In this document: piece by piece, positions 53,273-64,000 of the stretch
Layout: every line of letters begins with the position of its first letter
Position numbering within the stretch: the stretch's first letter is position 1
Assembly: GCA_035221665.1 (NCBI GenBank)
Contig: CM069148.1
Coordinates: forward strand, 46,996,001 to 47,060,000
Direction: 5' to 3'
DNA from: Okamejei kenojei
Taxonomy: Eukaryota
DNA length: 64,000 bases
Made by a program: the position numbers and the translations under genes
The notes under the pieces: generated by a model
Database searches by the model: none
What the model was told of the DNA's origin: nothing
The model's input: the letters and a program-made list of their open reading frames with translations, nothing else

Positions 53273-55339
53273 AATGTTGACTATGACTGCCCAGGATGAA
53301 GGTTTGCTCCCTGACCTGATACAATGGGACGGATGTGTACACAAAGTATAAATGGCTTATCTGATTAAGACACAATCTCAATGTGTATATTGAAGAGTTT
53401 TGGACCTTGTGATTTGACGTTTTACTCAGACCAGATACTGGCCATACATTGACCCTTGACCTAGCATTAGTTAATTTTGTTGCAGTCTGTTTATTTATGC
53501 TTTGGGAACTGAACACATACAGGTTGCTCTCATTTTTGGGGCTATAGAGCGCAGAACAGATCAGCATAGGAACATGCCCTCCAGCCCGAAATGTTTTTGT
53601 GATCTTAATGACAACTTAAATGAACACCATCTGCCTGATGATGGTCTACCTCCCTGCATTCCCTGCCTGTCCATGCACCCGTCTAGATGCCTCTTAAACA
53701 ACAAGATTGAATCTGCTTCCACCAGCGCCACTGACATTCCACTTGCCCACCACTTGCTGTTCACATATCTCCTTTAAACTCCCCCCCCCCACCTGAAAGC
53801 TATGCCTTTGACATTTAGTCAAAGTATTTGACATTTCCACCTATCTTCCCTATCTATGCCCGTCATCATTTTATAAACAACTTTCCCCTCAGCCTCCGAT
53901 GCTCATGAGAAAACATTGCAATTTAGTCTAAACTCTCCTTATAGCCAATACCTTCTAATACAGAAAACATCCTGACGAACCTTTTCTTACCCATGTCAAA
54001 GCCTTCACATCCTTCCTGTAATCCGCCCTGTAAACAGAATAGTACACAATACTCCAAATGAGGCATAGCCTAAGTTTTATGAAGCTGCAACATGACTTCA
54101 TAACTCTTATCCTCAATGCCCTGCAGATGAAGGCAAGCATACCATATGTCTTATTTACTACTCTATCTAACTGTTACACCATTTTCAGGAAGCTGTGAGT
54201 ATGCACCACAGGATTCCATTGCACATCAATGCTCCTAAGGGTCCTGCCATTTACTGTACACTTTCCTATTGCGTTTGATCTCTCAACACTCGCACTGGTT
54301 TGGATCAAGCACCATTTGCTAATTTCTGACCATATCTGCAACTGATGTATATCCTGCCGTATGTTCGATGGCCTTCTTCACTGTCCATAACTGATTTTTG
54401 TGTTGTCTGCAAATTTCCTGATCATTCCTTTTGCATTTTCTCCAAATCATTTAAATATATCACAAACATTCTCAACAGTTAGAGAGGCAATTAGGTCAGA
54501 GGTGTATGCGGCAGGATTTTCATAGAGCATTAGTCGGAGAGCGGTGAATTTGTGGGATACTTTGCCACATAAGGCTGTGGAGGCCAAGTCAGTCGATATT
54601 TTTAAGGCAGAGGTAGATACATAGAAACATAGAAAATAGGTGAACGAGGAGGCCATTCGGCCCTTTGAGTCAGCACCGCCATTCATTGTGATCATGGCTG
54701 ATCGTCCGCTATCAATAACCCGTGCCGCCTTCCCCCTATCCTCGACACCACTAGCCCTGAAGCTTACCAACTCTCTTTAAATCCATCCAGTGATTTGGCC
54801 TCCAAATGCCCCTGTGGCAGGGAATTCCATAAATTCAAAACTCCTGGGTAAAAAAGAGATTTATTCTCACCTCAGTCTTAAATGACCTCCTTCTTTATTC
54901 TACAGTGGGCCCCTGGTTTGAACCTCGTCCGCCAACATTCGGGAACATTTATTACCTTTATAGATAGATTCTGTTAGTACTGGTGACAAAAGGTTATGGG
55001 GAGAAGGCAGAAGAATGGGGTTAGGAGTGAGAGATAGATCAGCCATGATTGAATGGTGGTGGAAGCAGATATGATAGTCAAGGTCAAGGTCAGTGGAATG
55101 GCAGATTATTATATCATTCAAGGAATCTTTCCTCTAGCCACTATGATTGAAGACACAGATAAGGAGATAGTTTTGTTACGCATCTACGAGGTTTTCAAGA
55201 CATTCAATGCCGTCCAAGGATAAATCTTGAAAACATATTAATTCCAGGTGCAACAGAGGTTCACCAACTCAACAACTGGTTCATCTGATTGTAATGCCTA
55301 ACTAACTTCTTCCATTGGAAATGTAATTCTGTTTTCCAG

Positions 55340-55366
55340 ATGAGCCCTACTCCTACAGGCTTCCAG
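55340..55366 (+). CDS. Micro-exon type C (27 nt), DEPYSYRLP
   Basis: ttctgttttccag|ATGAGCC...CTTCCAG|gtacaa. Confidence 0.68.
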
Positions 55367-58300
55367 GTACAACAAATTGACCTACATTGTTACATAGCAT
55401 ACATTTTAATTTCTATCCATTTTTCTCATACCTCTAATTATTTAGAAGTATAACTATTCCTAGATTACTTAGACAATAGATGCAGGAGTAGGCCATTCGG
55501 CCCTACGAGCCGAGCCACACGCCATTCATAGTGAACCTATGGATTATCTGCAATCAGTACCCCGGTTCCTGCCTTCTCCCCATATCCCCATGACTCCGCT
55601 ACCTTTCAGAGCCATATTTTTTTTTCAAAGCTCTCTCTTGAAAAGTATCAGAGAACCGGCATCAGAGACTCTACAACTCTCAGTGTGGAAAAAAGTGTGT
55701 GGTCATCTCCATTCTAAATGCCTTGCCCCTTATCCTTAATGTGGCCTCTGGTTCTGGACTCCCCCGAAATAACGGGGTACATGTTCCTGCCTCTATACCA
55801 TGGTCCCAAACCCTTAAGAATTTTATATGCTTCAATAAGAATCCCCTCTCTCCTCTAAATTCCAGAGTATTACAAGCCCACCACTCCATTCTCTCAGGCA
55901 TATGACAGTCCCGCCATCCCGGGAATTAACATTGTGAAACTACGCTGAATTTACTTCCAGTGCAAGAAGTTGACTCTATGGATGGCCCTCGATGAAGGTT
56001 TGCTCCCTACTGATACATGGGGCGGATGGTGTACACAAAAAAATGATGCGTCTCTGATAAAGTCAACAATCTCAATGGGTATATTGAAGAGTTTTGGACT
56101 TTGTATGTTGACGTATTTACTGAGACCAGTACTGGCCATACATTGACCATGACCTAGCATTAGTTAATTTTCTTGCAGTCTGTTTTTTTATGCTTTTGGG
56201 ACTGAACCACCAACATGTTGCGCTCATTTTTGGGGCTATAGAGCGCAAGAACAAGATCAGCCTAGGAACATCCCCTCCAGCCGATATGGTCTTTTGTGAT
56301 TCTTAATGCACATAAAGTAAGCACCATCTGCCTGCATGATGGTTACCTCCCCTGCCTGTCATTGCACAATCTAGATACTCAAAACTCAATAAATGAGGCT
56401 AGCCTAAGTTTGTATGAAGCTTGCTGCACAACATGACTTCCTACTCTGATCCTCAATGCCTGCAGATGAAGGCAAAGCATAACATATGTCTTATTTACTA
56501 CTCTATCTAACTGTTACACATTTTCAAGGAAGCTCGTGTGTATGCACACAGGGATCCATTGCACATTATATTCCTAAGGGTCCTGGCCATTTACTGTTCA
56601 CTTTCCTCTTGCGTTTTATCTCTCAAAGTGCAAAAATCGCTACGGTTTGGTTCATGCAATTGCTAATTTTCTGACCTTATCTGCAAACTGATGTATATCT
56701 GCCATTATTTGATGGCCTTCTTCACTGTGCAATATAATCAACTGATTTTTGTGGTTGTCGGCAAACTTCTTGATCTTTCTATTGCATTGTGCGCAAATCA
56801 TTTATATATCAAATTATGGGTGTAATTTTGGTCGCCTAGTTGGAGTTACAATTTTGGTCGCTTGTTATAGGAAGGATGTCAATAAAAATAGGAGAGTACA
56901 GAGGAAGATTTACTAGAATGTTGCCAGGGTTAGAACTATGTTACAGAGAAAGGTTGAAACAAAGTTAGGTCTTTATTGCTTTGGAGCGCAGAAGGTTAAG
57001 GGGGGGACTTGATTGAGGGTTTTAAAATGATGAAAGGGGATAGTCAGAGTTGACGTGGATTACGTTTTTCCCATTGAGCGGTAGGGAAGATTCAAACAAG
57101 AGGGCATGAAGAGAATTAAGGGACAGAAGAGGGGGGTAACGGAGGGGGTATTCTCATTACTCAGAGGATGGTGGCGGTGTGTGGAATGAGCTTTCAGCAG
57201 AAGTGGTGGAGGCAGGATCGATTTTTAACATTCTAAGAGTAAAGGTGGGGATAGGGCTATCATGGACGTAAGGGGAATGGAGGGGTATGGTTGAGTGCAG
57301 GTTAGATGGGGACTAGGGGAAAACAAATGGTCGGGCACGGCGCTGGAAGGGTCGAAGAAGGGCCTGTTTCCGGTGCTGTAATGTTATTTGGTTATATAAC
57401 ACAAACATCTTAATAGTTAGAGAGGCAATTAGCCTGAGGAGTATGCGGCGGATTTTATCATAGACATTATCAGAGAGCGGTGAATCTGTGTGATACTTTG
57501 CACAAAATAATTAAAGGCTGTGAGGCAGTCAGTCCGATATTGTTACGGCAGAGGTAGATACATAGAAACATAGAAAATATGTGCAAGTAGGAGGCCATTC
57601 GGCCCTTCGAGCCAGCAACCTGCCATTCATTGTGATTCATGCTGACGTCCGCTATCAATAACCCATGCCTGCCTCTCCCCATATCCCGACTACTCCACTA
57701 GCCCTTAGAGCTCTATCCTAACTCTCTCTTAAATCCATCCAAGTGATTTGCGCTCCACTGCCCTCTGTGGCAGGAGGGAATTCCATAAATTCACAACTCT
57801 CTGGTAAAAACTTTTTTCACACTAAATGACCTCCCGTTTATTCTAAGACACAGTGCCCCTGGTTTCTGGACTCACCCAACAATGGGAACATTTTATCCGT
57901 TTATAGATAAGATTCTTGATTAGTACTTGTAAAAGGTTATGGGGAGAAGGCAGAATAATGGATTAGGAGTGAGAGATAGATCAGCCATGATTGAATGCGT
58001 GGAAAAGCAGATATGATAGTCAAGGTCAAGGTCAGTGTATTGATTATTATATCATTCAATGCATCTTTCCTCCTAACCACTATGAATTGAAGACACCGGA
58101 TAAGGAGATAGTTTTTGTTACGCATCACGACTTTTCCACAAGACTTCAATGCCGTCCAAGATAAATCTTCAAAACATAGTCCCTTTGATTTGAATTCCAG
58201 TTCACGCTGCATCGTCTCCAACCTCATCTATTGCATCCGCTGCATGGATGTCAGCTGAGGTACAACGATGAGACCAAGCGTATTCCCCCCCTACCAGTCT

Positions 58301-59050
58301 AAGAAAGGTTTAAGGGTTTCGGCCCGAAACGTTGCCTATTTATTTTGCTCCATAGATGCTGACTCACCCGCTGAGTTCTTCTCCAGCATTTTTGTCTCCC
58401 TTGATTAATAGCTTTCTTTATTGTCATGGTAAAACAAGTAAGAAATTCATCAAAAACATCTCCTTAAGTACATTTTGAGTCTACTCGTAGTCAAACTCGT
58501 GCATGGTCCCAGAAAGCAGTGCCTTCCTCATGCTTCAATAACTAAACTAAAAACTACTAGCGCGTTTGCGCGAGAATCCCAGCACTCCAACTACTTAAAG
58601 ATCCCACCCTCATAATTACAGGCAGATAAAATTTAAAGTAATGGTTAATCGTTATATCATCACTGAGTTACGCTAAATGGCTACTACATACCTGCCTCCA
58701 ATTGTTCTGAGTATATAGCGAGGCAAATTACTCATCAGACATCAAAAGGTAGCTATAAAGGCTTAACATATATAAAAAAAACAAAAAAATTGCATGCATT
58801 AATATCCGCATTCAGACTTCTAGCGCATTCTTCCATCTTCACCTACTAGAAGCAAGCATAATCTTGGTTATTGGTCTTATTTAAAACATTGTTTCATAGT
58901 TCCTGAAGTCATACGTGCGCTAACAAACCCTAAATATCATGCATGATACCCAGTATAATAGTCCAAAAAACAAAATTCCAGAGTTTGATAGCAGAAACTT
59001 CTTCCTCCACCCACGATCCGATCAATTAATGATCTAATCTATCTCTATAG

Positions 59051-59550
59051 NNNNNNNNNNNNNNNNNNNNNNNNNNNNNNNNNNNNNNNNNNNNNNNNNN
59101 NNNNNNNNNNNNNNNNNNNNNNNNNNNNNNNNNNNNNNNNNNNNNNNNNNNNNNNNNNNNNNNNNNNNNNNNNNNNNNNNNNNNNNNNNNNNNNNNNNNN
59201 NNNNNNNNNNNNNNNNNNNNNNNNNNNNNNNNNNNNNNNNNNNNNNNNNNNNNNNNNNNNNNNNNNNNNNNNNNNNNNNNNNNNNNNNNNNNNNNNNNNN
59301 NNNNNNNNNNNNNNNNNNNNNNNNNNNNNNNNNNNNNNNNNNNNNNNNNNNNNNNNNNNNNNNNNNNNNNNNNNNNNNNNNNNNNNNNNNNNNNNNNNNN
59401 NNNNNNNNNNNNNNNNNNNNNNNNNNNNNNNNNNNNNNNNNNNNNNNNNNNNNNNNNNNNNNNNNNNNNNNNNNNNNNNNNNNNNNNNNNNNNNNNNNNN
59501 NNNNNNNNNNNNNNNNNNNNNNNNNNNNNNNNNNNNNNNNNNNNNNNNNN
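59051..59550. other. Assembly gap (500 N)
   Basis: Run of N. Confidence 1.
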
Positions 59551-59649
59551 ATAATTAAAAATATGTGGTTAGGTTTGGGATGGTTTATGATGTATTTGGG
59601 GTTTTAAGTGGTATTTTTTTTTGGTGTGTTACTTAATGACAAACTGGAA

Positions 59650-62600
59650 TTAATTGTTCAATTTCATTTCACCATCATTTTGCTCTGGGGATACATTTAA
59701 AAAACAAGAATTTTAAAAAAAAGCAGTTAATGGCGTGGTGCATAATTTATCAGCACCACATCACATAAATATTTTAATTAAAGAAAACAAAAGAGACTCA
59801 ACAAAAGTTCGAAAATGAAATAAAACTATTAGATATTAAAAATGTCAATATCCCCCCTTCTTAAGGGATTAAGTAAAAAAATTGCAATGCAACAATCATT
59901 AAAATACAAGCTAAATAAAATATAAAATATACTTCAAAACAATCAATTATTAAACTTTTTCAACAGACTAAACAAGTACACTTAGAATTTGGGGATAAAC
60001 CACAACAATTACTAGCACGACAGCTTAGAAAATTAGATGAGGATAAAATGATACCATAAAGTTAGATCTGATCAAGGAGAAATATTGACTTTACCAAAGA
60101 ATATCACTGACACATTTTTACAATATTATCAAAATCCTTTACTTATCTAAACTAGCAGACAATCAATGGAATGGAAACATTCCTACAAGAATGTCATTTT
60201 AATAGTTTAGATCAGGAAGGTAGAGACTTGTTAAACGCTGATATATCAGTAAAAGATATTGAAAATCGAAATAATTGGATCATCTAAATAACGGAAAAGC
60301 TGCAGGCCCTGATGGGCTTAGGTGTTGAATTTTATAATAGGTTTCATGATCTGATCTCTCCACGCTTACATACAATAAAACACATATGCTTATGAACAAG
60401 GAAAGTTACCAGAATCATAAATGATCTACAATTACACTTATCCCTAAAGCTGATAAAGATTTGGAAGACCCTGGATCATACAGAGTAATAGCTCTTTTAA
60501 ATACTGATCAAAAAATACTAACTAAAATTTTATCTCGGAGGTCTAAGTTTAGTGATTAATAAATTAATACAATCAGGACCAAAAAGTTTTACTCCAAAAC
60601 GCTATTTCATATCCTTAATCTGAGACGTCTATTCATGTCATGTACTCAAAAAAGTGAATGATACTGAACTAGTTGTCATATCCTTAGATGCTGATAAAGC
60701 ATTTGACCAGGTTGAATGGTCAATAGTTTATTTAAAATAATGCAGAAATTTTCAACTAGGGGATATTATTCTCCAAATGGGTAAAAATCATATACTTCGA
60801 ATCCAACTGCAAGAATATTACAAATCAATGCTATCAGCAAAATTTTAAACTAATTTAGGGGTTTAGACAAGGGTGCCCGTTTATCACCATTACTTATTTG
60901 CTCTGGTAATAGAACCATTAGCCGAAATTCATTAGATCAGAAACAAGAAATATATCCGATATAATACCAAACTACAAAACGACTAAAATATCACTATATG
61001 CAGATGACATCTTAATTTAATATTACAAAACCGGAGATTTAATATTCCCCAATCTATTTAAATGTTAATAACTAATTTAGTACATTTTCATGGGTAATAG
61101 AATTAAATTGGAATAAAAAGTGAAATAGGGCCTATAACTGAAAAAACTGGAATAAAATTAAATATATTAGAACGATTCCCACTGTAAAATAGTCCACGGA
61201 CAAACTCAAATATCTAGAATTAATGTATCTAAATCGTATAACTGTCTATTTAAAATATAAATTACCCTCATTATTAAATAAAACTGAAAATATATATTTT
61301 AAAATTGGAAAACACTACCTATGATCAATGATCGTAGAATAAATGCTATAAAAATGAGTTTTTTATACCACCAATTGCTATATTTTGTATTTCAAGCAAT
61401 CCCCTTATAGCTCCCAAAAATGTTTTTTTAAAAATATAGATACTTTGGTTAATATTTATTTGGGACTATAAACACCATCGGAAAAGTAAAAAAACATCTA
61501 AGTAAATCTAAAATAAAATGGGTGGAACTATCACTACCAAATTTCCTATATAATTTTCTGGGCAGTTCAGATTAAGAAATATGAATTTTTGGTTGGTAAA
61601 TTTTAGATCATGAACCAAGCTGGCTAAAGATGAAAAGGAAGACTGGTTGCCTTTGATGTAGGTTCCGATTCTTTTTGCACACAAGGGGAAGTACAAAAAA
61701 AAAATGTATGGAAACCACCCTATAATTCCATAGCCAATAGACGTATTTGGAAACAAAAGTTACGACCCCTAACGTATGGATAATTTTGTCACTTTTTTGC
61801 CAATTATATGAATAATCCTTTGTTTAAGCCCTCTGTAGTTGGACAAGGTTTTTAAACATTGAATGATTTTAGGAATTAAAAGGATAAGAACACCTTTTAT
61901 AAGGAAAGGAAAATTTCTTTCATATCAAGAGTACAGGATATCTATGGATTGCAGTCAAATAACATATTTAGGTATTTACAAATTAGAAATTATATTTAAG
62001 TCAAATACCCAAGACTATAAAAATAGAAAACCCAGGATTATTAAGATGAATTTTTAATAAACACCCAAATACAGAAAAATTTAATAGCGTATATATATAA
62101 TATACTATTTTGGGAAAGGAAATTCCAACTTCGAAAATATCGACAAACATGGGACAATGACATGGTTTATCAATAACGAAGGGACATTTGGAAGAAAGCC
62201 ACAATGTAACATCGTTGCTCCATATAAATGCTAGACATATATTGATACAATTTTAAAGGTATTACACAGATTACATATTCAAAAACGAAATTAAATATAA
62301 TTTATTCTAACATTTCACCTATTTGTGATAAATGTCAGACATGGAAGCTAATTGAACGCATAGTATTGTAACATTTTGAAACTTAATTAATTATTGGATA
62401 GTATCTGTTTAGAGTTATTCTGAAGTTCCTTAAAATTAAACTAGACCCGGATCCAAATTTTATTAATAATATTAGGAGTTCCGGATTCAAATCTAACATT
62501 AACCGTAAACCATATAAATTTTCTTGGATTACTGTTTGATAATAGGAAAAATTAATATTGAAATTTTGGAAGGTAACATTATCCCCCACAATTAAAATGT

Positions 62601-63050
62601 GGACAGTGGAAAATGTTGGAGTCGTTGCATTTGGAAAGAATCAGATTTGTCCTAATGGACAAATACGAACTCTTTGAACAGATATGGTCTCCATATACAG
62701 AATATTTGAAGGGGTAGCTGTTCTTGGGCATCACAACTCAATGGGTACCCGGGCAGATTAGATGAAAATAACTCTCTGTTTTCTCTATTTTGATTTGTAT
62801 ACATGTCTCCATTAATATCGCTATTTTGAAATTGTGTTATTCACTATTAGGAAGTGTGTAGTATGAATAATCTCTCTCTTTTTCTATATAATACTTTATT
62901 TTTAATAAATACATATAACAAGAATATTACATATACACATATTTTTTTATCCTTTTTTTCTTTTTTCTTTCTTTATAATCAAAATTATTATTTAATCACC
63001 ATTCTATTGATTAAAATCTATTCTTTTCATTTTCTACTTTAAAAAAAAAT
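59650..63050 (+). mobile_element. L1/Tx1-like LINE ORF2, heavily frameshifted, with an A-rich 3' end
   Basis: NGKAAGPDG, SYRVIALLNTDQKILTKIL, SLDADKAFDQVEW, RQGCP, YADDIL and a C-terminal CDKC motif, read across frames. Confidence 0.82.
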
Positions 63051-64000
63051 AGAAGTTTATAAGGCTATGGCGTAACATTCGTATCTTAATGAAATATGTT
63101 GGCTTGTATTTTAAAAGTTTTTTTTTGGGGTTTTTTTTTCTTTTTTTGAAATACCCGTTGTTTATGATGGATTCCTTTTAATAAAAATATTATTACAGAA
63201 GTCCTTTCTAGGCTGCATCGGGACATGGGCCTGCTGGAAAGTAGCATAGTGGTAGTTGATGAAATTTAATCTACATATGTGAGAAGATAATGCTATTTGG
63301 GACTAATTGTGTAGGACAATGGAGTAAATGGCATGGCACGTTAGCAGTATTGATGCACAGAAGGACCTTGGTGATGTATTTCTCATCTACAACCAAATAT
63401 TTCTCTCCATCCACACAACCATATTTTTTAATGCATTCCTCTCTGTCCTAAAAAGCTAAAACCCAATAGCCAGCAGTCCACCCCGCATTCAAACTCCCCA
63501 TTCCCCGTTCAAGACCCTTGACTTTAAACATTATCCATTCCTACCAATCTGAAGAGGTCTCGATCCGAAACGTCACCCATTCCTTCTCTCCAGAGATGCT
63601 GCCAGTCCTGCTAAGTTAACTCCAGCATTTTGTGTCCATCTCCATGCTTACAGGTCCACTATCGATGACACCTTTGGGTTTTCTGTGTCCCTACTCTTAC
63701 ATTCGCTCCCTATGGCCTTCTGACCATTCAGAGGGTGCACACCCCACCCAGTGGGCCATACATCTTGCCGTAAGCCTCACCCAAGACGTGAATGGTCTCA
63801 ACCAGAGTGTGTAGGTCTTCCCAGATGCTTCACTCCTCGCTGGTTTAGGACCCCCTTCCCAGTGCTGCTTCAGCCCATGGTTCCCATTATTACAACAAGC
63901 ACTGTTGGCCCAGAATTTACTACCTTTTGCGTAAGGAATAGCAGTAGAATTAGGCCATTCGGCCCTCCAGGTCTACTCTGCCATTCAATCATGGCTGATC

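Larger units (their letters stand above)
52597..58175 (+). repeat. Tandem duplication of ~2.7 kb (about 52597-55235 and 55267-58175)
   Basis: Collinear copies; the second is indel-rich and has an extra CR1 piece at ~56820-57400. Confidence 0.85.

Noticed and set aside
166-55366. Phase-0 reading of the micro-exons (QTMADTNHPVK / HHPTSIIHQLMNQ), which would fit an SCPP-like phase-0 gene
   Set aside because: Substitutions between copies are synonymous in phase 1 and non-synonymous in phase 0.
58400-59050. Unrecognisable sequence next to the gap
   Set aside because: Probably low-quality contig-end sequence; no supportable feature.

Overview
Eukaryotic (vertebrate) DNA, most likely a cartilaginous fish such as a skate or ray, judged from its repeat families (CR1 with (TTTCTATG)n tails, abundant Penelope pLTR pieces, Rex/Babar, DIRS). 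A 500-N gap lies at 59051-59550. The long ORFs in the track are retroelement-derived: a DIRS element with a nested Penelope, a decayed AT-rich second DIRS, a Gypsy LTR element, CR1, Rex/Babar, RTE, L1-like and Hero-like fragments, and a Crypton-like fragment. The main hidden signal is not in the ORF track. There are 20 micro-exons of 24-39 nt on the + strand between 166 and 55366, all AG/GT-flanked and all multiples of 3. Read in phase 1-1 they splice into an uninterrupted 231-aa Pro/Tyr/His-rich repeat polypeptide (ADHGRYQPPSE, APPHEHYPPAYEP, AGPHEYFPPAPHT, GEPYFYRPP and variants). The array grew by tandem duplication of ~2-kb exon-intron units, and several exon copies were later knocked out by insertions, deletions or an inversion. 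No start or stop exon was identified in the window. All calls come from reading the sequence by eye; no database searches were run.
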